Below are positions 37,044-45,997 of a stretch of DNA of 64,000 nt, piece by piece. Made by a program: the position numbers and the translations under genes. A model generated the notes under the pieces. It had not been told where the DNA came from. It was given only the letters and a program-made list of their open reading frames with translations, and did no database searches. The stretch is from contig JADFXX010000005.1 of NCBI GenBank assembly GCA_015233335.1, positions 1,550-65,549 on the forward strand. The letters are read 5' to 3'. Every line of letters begins with the position of its first letter. The first letter of the stretch is position 1. This stretch comes from Candidatus Omnitrophota bacterium. GTDB taxonomy: Bacteria > Omnitrophota > Gorgyraeia > Zapsychrales > Fredricksoniimonadaceae.

Positions 37044-37622
37044 ATGTATCCCATTATGCCCAATAAGCTTTTAAACGAACGTGAATTTGAACTGGTCAAC
37101 ATTGTAGGTGCCAGGCTTGCGGCCAATCAGCGCGATCTCTCCCGCCACATGAATCTTTCTTTAGGAATGACCAATATGCTTTTAAGGCGGTTGGTGACTA
37201 AAGGCTACATCCGTATCAAGCAACTTGACCGTCGTAAAGTCGAATACCTATTGACCCCCAAAGGGTTTGCGGAGAAGATGCGCAAGTCCGTCAAATACAC
37301 GCTAAACACCATTAATTCCATAGGGTTAATTAAAAAGCAGCTTTTAGATATTTTGGAAAGCCTTTATACAAAAGGCCACAGGAAGTTTTATATTTTAGGC
37401 GATTCAGATTTTGCCCAATTGGTGGAGAGTTCTTTAGTACAGTTTCAATGGGTTGGGGTTGAAGTTAAACGGATTAAATCTCAATTGGAAAATCCTGATG
37501 GACTGGTGCTTATTTGCCGAGAAGATGAAGATAGTCCGGGATCAGGCGGGGAGCGTTATGTGGATTTGATTAAAGAATTGGCTAGCCATAAGAATAACGG
37601 ATTTGCGGCTGTAGAGAGGTAA
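37044..37622 (+). CDS. Winged-helix (MarR-like) transcriptional regulator with an uncharacterised C-terminal domain
   Basis: QRDLSRHMNLSLGMTNMLLRRLVTKGYIRIKQLDRRKVEYLLTPKG (HTH plus wing). First gene of the cluster. No SD; a near-leaderless start is possible. Confidence 0.6.
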   Translation: MYPIMPNKLLNEREFELVNIVGARLAANQRDLSRHMNLSLGMTNMLLRRLVTKGYIRIKQLDRRKVEYLLTPKGFAEKMRKSVKYTLNTINSIGLIKKQLLDILESLYTKGHRKFYILGDSDFAQLVESSLVQFQWVGVEVKRIKSQLENPDGLVLICREDEDSPGSGGERYVDLIKELASHKNNGFAAVER

Positions 37623-37627
37623 GGAAG

Positions 37628-38629
37628 ATGGGGAAGAATGTCTTAGTCACGGGGGGAGCGGGTTTCATTGCAAGTCATTTGGTGGACCATCTCCTTCAGG
37701 AAGGGCATAGCGTTACGATCGTCGATAATTTATCAACAGGGCGCTTAGCCAATATCGCTCATTGTCAAAACCATCCCAGATTGACATTCGTTAAAGAGGA
37801 CATTGTTAATTTTGACAGCATAAGCTCTCTATTTAAAAACAAGGACATGGTGTTTCATCTGGCCGCGTTGGCAGATATTGTGCCTTCTATTGTTGAGCCA
37901 AGAAGTTATTATATGGCGAATGTGACGGGCACGATGAATGTGCTTGAGGCATCCCGTTTAGCAGGGGTTAAACGGTTCGTTTATGCAGCGTCTTCTTCTT
38001 GTTACGGGGTACCTCTTCCCGAGCATTACCCTACTAATGAATCAGCACCGATTAACCCTCAATATCCCTATGCGTTGACAAAATATATGGGAGAGTGTGC
38101 TCTCTTACATTGGGGGCAGGTTTATCATATGCCGGTTATTTCTTTACGATTATTTAATGTGTATGGACCCCGTTCACGAACATCAGGCACTTATGGGGCT
38201 GTTTTCGGTGTTTTTCTAAGCCAGAAATTAAACAATAAACCCTTTACCGTGGTCGGTGATGGTAGTCAAACGCGCGATTTTATTTTTGTCACGGATGTTG
38301 CCAGAGCATTCTATACTGCGGCCTTTTCCGATGTGAGCGGCCAAGTTTTTAATGTCGGAACAGGCCATCCGCAGAGTGTTAATAAACTGGTTTCTTTATT
38401 GCAAGGACAGAAGGTGCATATTCCTAAAAGACCAGGTGAGCCGGACTGCACTTGGGCGGACATACATAAAATTCAGTCTATGCTTGGCTGGCAGCCGCAG
38501 GTATCCTTTGAGCAAGGGGTCGACAAGGTCGTAGAAAATATTGATTATTGGCGGCAAGCACCGGTATGGACCCCTGAAACAATACAGGAAGCAACTAAAG
38601 ATTGGTTTAAATATTTAGTAAGAGATTGA
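37628..38629 (+). CDS. NAD-dependent sugar-nucleotide epimerase/dehydratase (extended SDR)
   Basis: VLVTGGAGFIASHL, catalytic YALTKYMGE (YxxxK). Confidence 0.8.
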   Translation: MGKNVLVTGGAGFIASHLVDHLLQEGHSVTIVDNLSTGRLANIAHCQNHPRLTFVKEDIVNFDSISSLFKNKDMVFHLAALADIVPSIVEPRSYYMANVTGTMNVLEASRLAGVKRFVYAASSSCYGVPLPEHYPTNESAPINPQYPYALTKYMGECALLHWGQVYHMPVISLRLFNVYGPRSRTSGTYGAVFGVFLSQKLNNKPFTVVGDGSQTRDFIFVTDVARAFYTAAFSDVSGQVFNVGTGHPQSVNKLVSLLQGQKVHIPKRPGEPDCTWADIHKIQSMLGWQPQVSFEQGVDKVVENIDYWRQAPVWTPETIQEATKDWFKYLVRD

Positions 38630-38669
38630 GGGTGCATTAAAATATTAAATCGAAAGGACAATCAGAGAA

Positions 38670-39695
38670 ATGGATCAACTTAAAACTGTTCTGGTGACAG
38701 GTGGTGCGGGGTATGTGGGAGCGGTGTTAGTCCCTAAGCTTTTAAATAAAGGGTACCGGGTTAAGTGCCTGGATCTTTACACTTATGGTGAGGATATTTT
38801 TGATGATATCAAGGATAAGTCCAATTTGGTTGAAATTAAAGGCGATATTTGTGATCAGGCCCTGTTAAGCCACTCCCTTAAAGGGTGTGACGCTGTTATT
38901 CATTTGGCCTGTATTTCCAACGATCCATCTTTTGAATTAAACCCGGGTTTGAGTTTAAAAGTCAATTATGAAGCTTTTGAACCATTGGTACGCATCAGCA
39001 AAGATAAGGGTGTAAGACGATTTATTTACGCATCGACCTGCAGTGTGTATGGAGTCAGCGATGCCCCGGAAGTTACTGAGGACCATCCATTGTTGCCGAT
39101 CACGGATTACAACAAATATAAGGGCATGTGCGAACCTGTTCTAGGGAAATATCAATCAGCGGAATTTACCACCATCACCATACGCCCGGCTACGGTTTGC
39201 GGTTATTCTCCCCGGCAGCGTTTTGATTTGACGGTCAATATTTTGACTAATCATGCTTACCATAAGAACCATATTACGGTCTTTGGAGGCAAACAGGAAC
39301 GACCCAATATCCATATCAATGATATAACTGATTTGTATGTACAGTTATTGGAACTGCCCGAGTCCAAAATTGCCGGTAAGATTTACAATGCCGGCTATCA
39401 AAATCGATCAGTCGCGGATATCGCCTTGATCGTTCAGAAAATAATGGCCCAGGAATTTCCCCAACGGCCGCAAGCGACCATTGAAACCAAGCCTTCAGAC
39501 GATATCCGTTCTTACAGGATATCTTCCGAGAAAATTAAAAAAGAACTAGGGTTTGTGCCCCGTTTTACCATTGAAGATGCGGTGCGGGATTTGCTCAAGG
39601 CTTTCCGGGGCAATAAGTTTCAGGATTCTATGAATAATCCCCGCTATTTTAACATCAAAATGTTGAAATCTTTGGAGGCCGAGGCAAAGGTATGA
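38670..39695 (+). CDS. NAD-dependent sugar-nucleotide epimerase/dehydratase (extended SDR)
   Basis: VLVTGGAGYVGAVL, YNKYKGMCE (YxxxK). Confidence 0.8.
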   Translation: MDQLKTVLVTGGAGYVGAVLVPKLLNKGYRVKCLDLYTYGEDIFDDIKDKSNLVEIKGDICDQALLSHSLKGCDAVIHLACISNDPSFELNPGLSLKVNYEAFEPLVRISKDKGVRRFIYASTCSVYGVSDAPEVTEDHPLLPITDYNKYKGMCEPVLGKYQSAEFTTITIRPATVCGYSPRQRFDLTVNILTNHAYHKNHITVFGGKQERPNIHINDITDLYVQLLELPESKIAGKIYNAGYQNRSVADIALIVQKIMAQEFPQRPQATIETKPSDDIRSYRISSEKIKKELGFVPRFTIEDAVRDLLKAFRGNKFQDSMNNPRYFNIKMLKSLEAEAKV

Positions 39696-40630
39696 TATCC
39701 AAAGATTTAAAAAAGAAGCTCCTTAGAGGAATGCTCCGTTTGAGACTCATTGAAGAGAGACTGGCCGCTATTTACCATCAAGCAGATGAAATTAAGACAC
39801 CCATGCACCTTTACACGGGGCAGGAAGCCGTTGCCGTAGGAGTTTGTGCTGCTTTAAGGCCAGAGGATACGGTTTCTCCTTATCATCGTTCGCATGGTTG
39901 GTACATCGCTAAAGGCGGGAATTTGTGTGCGATGATGGCAGAATTGATGGGGAAAGAAGCCGGCTGTTGCAAAGGATGGGGAGGATCCATGCATCTTTTG
40001 GATGTGTCTGCGGGGGTCATGGGTTCATCGTCTATTCTCGCCGGAACGGTTCCTCATGCCGTAGGTGCCGCGTTGGCATTTCAGATCAAAGGGGAAGACA
40101 GGGTTGCGATCGCGCCCGCCGGGGATGCGGCCATTGAGGAAGGTGTCTTTCATGAGAGTTTGAACTGGGCTTCGCTCAAGAAGCTTCCTGTTGTATTTAT
40201 TTGTGAAAACAATCTTTACTCAACATCGACACATCTCCGTGACCGTCAGCCTTCTGTTGATATATTTAAGCGTGCTGAGGCTTATGGTATGCCGGGCAGT
40301 CGTTGTGATGGTAATGATGTGGGGGATGTTTATACTAAGACCCTGGAGGCGGTCAACAGGGCGAGGCGTCTGGAAGGCCCAAGTTTTATAGAAGTCATGA
40401 CATATCGGTGGCGGGAACATGTGGGGCCTAATTACGATTGGGACCTGGGGTATCGGACAAAACAAGAGGGAGAAGAGTGGATGATTCGTTGCCCGATCAA
40501 AGCATTGGCCGCAGAATTTCCGGCAGCCCAGGTGCAGTCTTACACAGATGAATTTGAAAAAGAAATTGATGAGGCCTTAGTTTTTGCCCGCCAAGCAGCC
40601 TTCCCTCGAGAGGAAACGATCAGAGTATGA
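39692..40630 (+). CDS. Thiamine-diphosphate-dependent 2-oxoacid dehydrogenase E1 component, alpha subunit-like
   Basis: YHRSHGWYIAKG, GSMHL, and the ThDP-binding motif GDAAIEEG...VVFICENNLYS. ATGA overlaps on both sides. Confidence 0.8.
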   Translation: MISKDLKKKLLRGMLRLRLIEERLAAIYHQADEIKTPMHLYTGQEAVAVGVCAALRPEDTVSPYHRSHGWYIAKGGNLCAMMAELMGKEAGCCKGWGGSMHLLDVSAGVMGSSSILAGTVPHAVGAALAFQIKGEDRVAIAPAGDAAIEEGVFHESLNWASLKKLPVVFICENNLYSTSTHLRDRQPSVDIFKRAEAYGMPGSRCDGNDVGDVYTKTLEAVNRARRLEGPSFIEVMTYRWREHVGPNYDWDLGYRTKQEGEEWMIRCPIKALAAEFPAAQVQSYTDEFEKEIDEALVFARQAAFPREETIRV

Positions 40631-41649
40631 AATATTCAGAAAGCATACGGGATGCTCAAGCCGTGATGATGCGCCATGACAAAAGGGTTTTTATTTGCGG
40701 ATTAGGCGTTCCTGATCCCAAAGGAGTGTTTGGTTCGACCGTGGGGCTCAAAGAAGAGTTCGGCGATAAGCGTGTTTTTGATACCCCCGCATGCGAAAAC
40801 GGGACGTTAGGGATTTTACTTGGGGCTTCATTGCAGGGGATGCGTCCCATCATGGTCAACCAAAGAGTTGATTTTTTCCTGCTCGCTCTTGATCAACTGA
40901 TCAACCATGCTTCTAAGTGGAAGTGTATGTTTGCAGGCCGCCAGGAAATGTCTGTTTTAGTCCGGCTTATTGTAGGCCGGGGATGGGGGCAAGGGCCGCA
41001 GCATTCTCAAAGCATGCATGCTTTGTTTGCGCATATTCCCGGTCTTACGGTGGCGGCTCCGGCGACGCCTTATGATGCTAAGGGGATGATCATTTCAGCT
41101 TTGCAGGAAGGCGGCCCGGTCGTGATGATTGAACATCGCCGGCTATATGATGAAAATCAAGATGTTCCAGAGGGGATTTATCGTGTAGCTTTTGGTCAAG
41201 CCCATGTAGCCATAGAGGGCAAAGACGTTACCTTGGTTGCTTCATCGCATATGGTGGCTGAAGCCAAGAAAGCTGCCCGGGTGCTCCTGGGGCAGGGCAT
41301 ATCGGTAGAATTAATCGATTTGAGGAGTTTAAGGCCGTTGGATGTACAGACGGTCTATGCTTCAGTCAAGAAGACCGGTCGTTTGGTTCTTGTAGAGGGG
41401 GATTGGAAACCATGCAGTGTTTCCGGAGAGATCATAGCCGCATTGGCGGAAAAAGACCCGAAGATTTTTAAATCAGCCCCTGTACGGGTCATGTGGCCAG
41501 ATATGCCTGTACCGACGAGCGCTCCTCTGGAGACGGCATTTTATCCTTCCATTAAGGACATAGCGGACGCCTGTTTAAAAGTTTTAGGAAGACCTGTTTT
41601 GGCGGCAGAAGTCAAACCGGAAAAAGCCAATTTTAACGGGCCATTTTAG
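40627..41649 (+). CDS. E1 component beta subunit-like (transketolase pyrimidine-binding plus C-terminal domains)
   Basis: FDTPACENGTLGILLGASLQGMRPI..., HSQSMHALFAHIPGLTVAAPATPYDAKG, IDLRSLRPLD. Confidence 0.8.
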   Translation: MKYSESIRDAQAVMMRHDKRVFICGLGVPDPKGVFGSTVGLKEEFGDKRVFDTPACENGTLGILLGASLQGMRPIMVNQRVDFFLLALDQLINHASKWKCMFAGRQEMSVLVRLIVGRGWGQGPQHSQSMHALFAHIPGLTVAAPATPYDAKGMIISALQEGGPVVMIEHRRLYDENQDVPEGIYRVAFGQAHVAIEGKDVTLVASSHMVAEAKKAARVLLGQGISVELIDLRSLRPLDVQTVYASVKKTGRLVLVEGDWKPCSVSGEIIAALAEKDPKIFKSAPVRVMWPDMPVPTSAPLETAFYPSIKDIADACLKVLGRPVLAAEVKPEKANFNGPF

Positions 41650-41672
41650 GCATGCTGCTGTGTGCGGCATGC
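41650..41672 (+). other. Stem-loop immediately after the E1-beta stop (intra-operon hairpin; not a canonical terminator)
   Basis: GCATGCTGC-TGTGT-GCGGCATGC: 9-bp stem with one G-U pair and no T-tract after it. Confidence 0.35.
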
Positions 41673-41711
41673 AGGTTATCGAATTTTTAAAAGTATAAAA
41701 ACGGAGAGATT

Positions 41712-42374
41712 ATGGGACAAGAAATTGATTTATTGGATCTTTATCCTCGATCAAAACGGCCTATTGATGAGCGGGGGGCGCTTGCCACGGATGAAAACAA
41801 GCGTATCGCCAAACAGTTCGGTCAGCAATATTTCGACGGTGACCGGATGTTTGGTTACGGCGGGTACTCCTATCAAGAAAGGTTCTGGAAAGATACTGTG
41901 CGTCGTTTTCGCGACCATTACCGGTTAACGGAAAATGCGCGCATTCTGGATGTGGGTTGTGCCAAGGGTTTCATGATGTATGATTTTAAGAAATTGATGC
42001 CTCAGGCACATATCGAAGGGGTGGATATCTCAACCTATGCCAAAGAAAATGCCGTCGAGACCATGAAGCCGTTTATTCATGTCGGCAATGCCAAGAAATT
42101 GCCGTTTCAGGATAACTCATTTGATCTGGTGATATGCATCAACACGGTCCATAACCTTAAACTGGATGAATGTAAATTGGCTTTGCGCGAACTGCAACGG
42201 GTGTCCGGCGGCAAAGCTTTTTTAACGGTGGATGCCTGGCGTAATGAAAAAGAACATCAGAATATGCTGAAATGGAATCTAACGGCCGAAACATATATGC
42301 ATGCCGATGATTGGAAGAAACTATTTGCAGAGACCGGGTATCAGGGCGACTATTTTTGGTTTATCGCCCAGTAA
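41712..42374 (+). CDS. Class I SAM-dependent methyltransferase
   Basis: ILDVGCAKGFMMYDF (motif I), FDLVICINTVHNL. Shine-Dalgarno GGAGAG upstream. Confidence 0.8.
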   Translation: MGQEIDLLDLYPRSKRPIDERGALATDENKRIAKQFGQQYFDGDRMFGYGGYSYQERFWKDTVRRFRDHYRLTENARILDVGCAKGFMMYDFKKLMPQAHIEGVDISTYAKENAVETMKPFIHVGNAKKLPFQDNSFDLVICINTVHNLKLDECKLALRELQRVSGGKAFLTVDAWRNEKEHQNMLKWNLTAETYMHADDWKKLFAETGYQGDYFWFIAQ

Positions 42375-42395
42375 TCTAAGGGAGGTTGAATTTCA

Positions 42396-43427
42396 ATGTT
42401 AGCAGCGATACTGGTAGAATCCCGGAAGCCTTTGGTTTTAGATGAAGTCCAACTGCCCTTGTCCCTGGAATACGGTCAGGTGCTTGTTAAGGTGTTTTAT
42501 ACCGGCATTTGCGGGGCACAGATCAATGAGATCGAAGCACGTAAGGGGCCGGATAAATTTTTGCCTCATTTGTTGGGGCACGAAGGCGGTGGGGTCGTTG
42601 AATCCTGCGGTCCGGGGGTCACGACGGTCAAACCAGGTGACCATGTTGTCATGCATTGGCGTCCGGGGCGTGGTATACAGTCTCCCACACCGAAATACCT
42701 TTGGAAGGGAAAGCCCATCAATGCGGGCTGGGTGACGACATTCAACGAAAAGGCGATCGTCTCGGAAAATCGGGTTACCGTGATCCCCAAAGATTTCGAC
42801 CTTAAATTGGCGGCTCTTTATGGATGTGCTATTACCACCGGCTATGGTGTCGTCCATAACGATGCCCGTTTAAAAAGCGGGGAATCGTTAGTGGTCGTAG
42901 GGGCGGGGGGCGCCGGTATGTCCGTTATATTAATGGCATCCCTGATAGGTGCAAATCCCATTATTGCCGTCGATATCCATGATGATAAGCTTAAACAAGC
43001 CAGGAAGTTTGGCGCCACGCACGTCATTAATTCTAAAAAAGAAAACACTGTTGAAAAAATAAGGCAGGTTCTTCCTCAGGGGGCTGATGTGGCGGTCGAC
43101 GCTACCGGAATTAAAGAAATCCGGGAGCTTTGTTATGAGTTGGCTTCGGGCATGGGACGTACTGTATTAGTCGGGGTACCGTTAGCCGGAGAGAAAATCA
43201 CCATTGATTCTTTTCCCTTACATTTTGGTAAAAGCATTACCGGATCTCACGGCGGAGATGTCAACCCGGACTATGTCATTCCCCGTTTGATCTCTTTGCA
43301 AAACACCGGACGCCTTTCTTTAGATGGGATGATTTCCCATGAATTTCCGTTTAACCGGATTAACGAAGCTCTGGATATGGTGCGACGGGGGGAAGCGTTG
43401 CGTTGTGTCTTACAGATGGCACACTAA
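42396..43427 (+). CDS. Zinc-dependent medium-chain alcohol dehydrogenase
   Basis: GICGAQ..., LGHEGGGVVESCGPGV, Rossmann VVVGAGGAGMSV. Confidence 0.85.
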   Translation: MLAAILVESRKPLVLDEVQLPLSLEYGQVLVKVFYTGICGAQINEIEARKGPDKFLPHLLGHEGGGVVESCGPGVTTVKPGDHVVMHWRPGRGIQSPTPKYLWKGKPINAGWVTTFNEKAIVSENRVTVIPKDFDLKLAALYGCAITTGYGVVHNDARLKSGESLVVVGAGGAGMSVILMASLIGANPIIAVDIHDDKLKQARKFGATHVINSKKENTVEKIRQVLPQGADVAVDATGIKEIRELCYELASGMGRTVLVGVPLAGEKITIDSFPLHFGKSITGSHGGDVNPDYVIPRLISLQNTGRLSLDGMISHEFPFNRINEALDMVRRGEALRCVLQMAH

Positions 43428-43468
43428 CAGATCGGGTATTATTTTTCATTCTACTTGAGGAGTAAGTC

Positions 43469-44245
43469 ATGGATTTAGGAATTAAGGGAAAATTAGCATT
43501 AGTGACGGGTGGCGGTAGGGGTATTGGTCGGGCTATAGCGATGTGTTTAGCTCGGGAAGGAGCACGCGTTGCCGTTGTATCGAGAACAGAGGAAGATGTG
43601 AAGGAAACCGTTGAAGTCATGGGGGGCCGATCGGCTGGTCATCACGGCATAGTGATGGATTTGTCCCCAGATGAGGCCCCGGGACTTTTAGTCAAGGATT
43701 TAAGGGCCAATTTCGGTGATCCGGCGATTGTGGTGCATAATCTTGGCGGGACATTGGGTATCACCGACCCTTTTTGTTCGCGGGAGGAATGGCGGCGAGT
43801 CTATCGTTTTAATTTTGAGATTGCGGTTGAATTGAATGTTTATTTAGTGCCCGGCATGCAGAAGGCTAAATGGGGACGTGTTATTCATATTTCTTCGATT
43901 TCAGCGATGGAGAACCATGGGCCGGCAACGTACTGTGCGATGAAAGCAGCTTTGACGGCGTATACGCGTAGTTTCGGCGGCTATGTGGCTGCGGATGGGG
44001 TGATGGTTTCTGCTGTTCTTCCGGGGGCTGTTTTTACAGAAAAAGGGTATTGGGATATCACTTCCAGGGAGAGGCCGGAACATGTCAAAAAATATCTGAC
44101 TGAGCGTCAACGTATCGGCCGATTCGGAAAAACTGACGAGATCGGTAATTTTGTTGCTTTTCTTTGTTCCCAGCAGGCTTCTTTCAATCCCGGGAGTGTC
44201 ATTCCGATTGATGGTGGACAAGGCAGAGGGTATTTTGGGCAATAA
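43469..44245 (+). CDS. Short-chain dehydrogenase/reductase (classical SDR)
   Basis: LVTGGGRGIGRAIA, YCAMKAAL (YxxxK). Confidence 0.85.
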   Translation: MDLGIKGKLALVTGGGRGIGRAIAMCLAREGARVAVVSRTEEDVKETVEVMGGRSAGHHGIVMDLSPDEAPGLLVKDLRANFGDPAIVVHNLGGTLGITDPFCSREEWRRVYRFNFEIAVELNVYLVPGMQKAKWGRVIHISSISAMENHGPATYCAMKAALTAYTRSFGGYVAADGVMVSAVLPGAVFTEKGYWDITSRERPEHVKKYLTERQRIGRFGKTDEIGNFVAFLCSQQASFNPGSVIPIDGGQGRGYFGQ

Positions 44246-44306
44246 CATTTTTCAAGACCCTTGACTGACGGTCGTGTCAAAGCGTCAGGGGTTGTAAGGA
44301 GCAGAA

Positions 44307-45080
44307 ATGAACAATGAATTCCGTCGAAAGATTGTGGATATGGTATGTAAAGGCAGGGATGGCCATATCCCTAGTTCGTTTTCTATTATTGATGTTATTT
44401 CAATTCTCTATAGAGATTTCTTAAAGTTCAATAGCAAGGATCCGCATTGGGAGGGACGGGATTATTTTATTCTTAGTAAAGGACACGGTTGTTTAGCTTT
44501 ATATGTTGTGTTAAGGGAGCATGGATTTCTGACAGATCAGGATATCGCCAATTTTTGTAAAAAAGGCGGGATTTTAGGGGAACATCCTGATTCCACGAAG
44601 GTCCCAGGAGCCGAAGCTTGTACAGGGTCACTAGGGCATGGTTTTCCGTTTGCAGTTGGCGTTGCCTTGGGACTGCGTATTCAAAATCGGGAAAATCATG
44701 TTTTTGTTCTTGTGGGAGACGGCGAATGCCATGAGGGTACAATATGGGAAGCGGCCAATGTCTCAAACAATATGGAGTTAGGAAATCTTTGTCTCATTGT
44801 TGATTGGAATGGTTCGGCGGCACAACTGATGCCCAAAGATGATTTACCGGCAAAGTGGCGTGCATTTGGCTGGAATGTTCAAGTTATTGACGGCCATTCT
44901 GAGGAGGAAATTAAGAAGGCGTTAGGGAATGTTCATTTTTCTTCCCGAGGGACCCCGAATGTCATCATCACCAAGACTGTTAAAGGCAAAGGTGTTCCCA
45001 TGTTGGAAGGACACGGGGTTTGGCACCATCGCATTCCCAATGAGGAAGAGTATAAGACGATCATGGAGGCGTTGAAATGA
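44307..45080 (+). CDS. Split transketolase, N-terminal (ThDP-binding) subunit
   Basis: LSKGHGCLALY, GSLGHGFPFAVGVALG, VLVGDGECHEGTIWEAANVSNN...VDWNG. Confidence 0.85.
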   Translation: MNNEFRRKIVDMVCKGRDGHIPSSFSIIDVISILYRDFLKFNSKDPHWEGRDYFILSKGHGCLALYVVLREHGFLTDQDIANFCKKGGILGEHPDSTKVPGAEACTGSLGHGFPFAVGVALGLRIQNRENHVFVLVGDGECHEGTIWEAANVSNNMELGNLCLIVDWNGSAAQLMPKDDLPAKWRAFGWNVQVIDGHSEEEIKKALGNVHFSSRGTPNVIITKTVKGKGVPMLEGHGVWHHRIPNEEEYKTIMEALK

Positions 45081-45997
45081 GTATGAAGAAAATGAGGCAA
45101 CAGTTTGCTGATACAATGCTGGAAGTAGGCCGGGCAGATCCCAAGCTTTCTGTTTTGATCGGGGATATCAGTCATTTTATTTTACAGCCTTTTGCGCGTG
45201 CTTGTCCCGGAAGATTTTATAATGTCGGCATTTGTGAACCAACGATCATCAGCATGGCGGCAGGGATGGCCAAAACAGGGCTTCATCCGGTAGTCCATAC
45301 GATTGCCCCGTTTATTTTAGAGCGTTCTTTCGAACAAATTAAACTTGATTTTTGCTATCAAGGATTATCGGGGAATATAATCACGGTAGGAAGTGCTTTT
45401 GATTATTCCAATTTAGGATGTACCCATCACTGTTACGATGATTTTGCATTGATGAAGTCCCTTCCCCGTACGCAGGTCGTTTATCCGGCCTCACCGGTAG
45501 AATTTGATTTGCTATTTAGAGAGACATATCGTAATGATCACCTGACCCTTTTTCGGCTTCCGGAATATCAGCATGATCAGGTCATTGATCCTTCTTTGAT
45601 CAAGTTTGGGAAGGCCATTCGATTGAGGGAGGGGTCTGACTTAACGATCATTGCTGCAGGGCCGCAGCTTAAGAATGCAGTTTTAGCCAAACAACAATTA
45701 GAGAAGCAGGGAAAGAGCATCGAGATTATTTATATCCCAACCATCCATCCGTTAGATGCCGAGATGATCCATCAAAGTGTATCAAAGACTAAAAGAGTGG
45801 TCATTGTAGAAGAACATAATGTTTTTGGCGGCGTTGGCGATGATGTTCGAAAAATCGTTACAGATATTTCTGGGGTCAAGTTGATCAATTTGGGAATTAA
45901 AGGGTTTGTGCGCGAATATGGTACCTACGAACAATTGTGTGCAGAGGCCGAGCTTTCGGTCGAAGGCATTTTGAAAGCAGCCGGGTATGGAGAATAA
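45077..45997 (+). CDS. Split transketolase, C-terminal (pyrimidine-binding) subunit
   Basis: NVGICEPTIISMAAGMAKTGLHPVVHTIAPFILERSFEQIKLD. ATGA overlap with the N-terminal subunit. Confidence 0.85.
   Translation: MSMKKMRQQFADTMLEVGRADPKLSVLIGDISHFILQPFARACPGRFYNVGICEPTIISMAAGMAKTGLHPVVHTIAPFILERSFEQIKLDFCYQGLSGNIITVGSAFDYSNLGCTHHCYDDFALMKSLPRTQVVYPASPVEFDLLFRETYRNDHLTLFRLPEYQHDQVIDPSLIKFGKAIRLREGSDLTIIAAGPQLKNAVLAKQQLEKQGKSIEIIYIPTIHPLDAEMIHQSVSKTKRVVIVEEHNVFGGVGDDVRKIVTDISGVKLINLGIKGFVREYGTYEQLCAEAELSVEGILKAAGYGE

Noticed and set aside
41662-41928. 88-aa ORF overlapping the start of the methyltransferase gene
   Set aside because: It is in a different frame from the well-supported methyltransferase, which has an SD and motif I. 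It has no motifs, and its first part covers the post-E1-beta hairpin.
44246-44306. Small alternative hairpins (TTGAC...GTCAA, CTGACG...CGTCAG) between the SDR and the transketolase N-subunit
   Set aside because: The stems are only 5-6 bp and mutually exclusive, with no T-tract. The evidence is insufficient for a terminator or attenuator.
39692-45997. Interpretation of the ThDP enzymes as a phosphonate pathway (phosphonopyruvate decarboxylase plus reductase plus cytidylyltransferase)
   Set aside because: No PEP mutase is present in the window. The proteins carry E1 and transketolase signatures rather than the acetolactate-synthase-type fold of phosphonopyruvate or sulfopyruvate decarboxylases.
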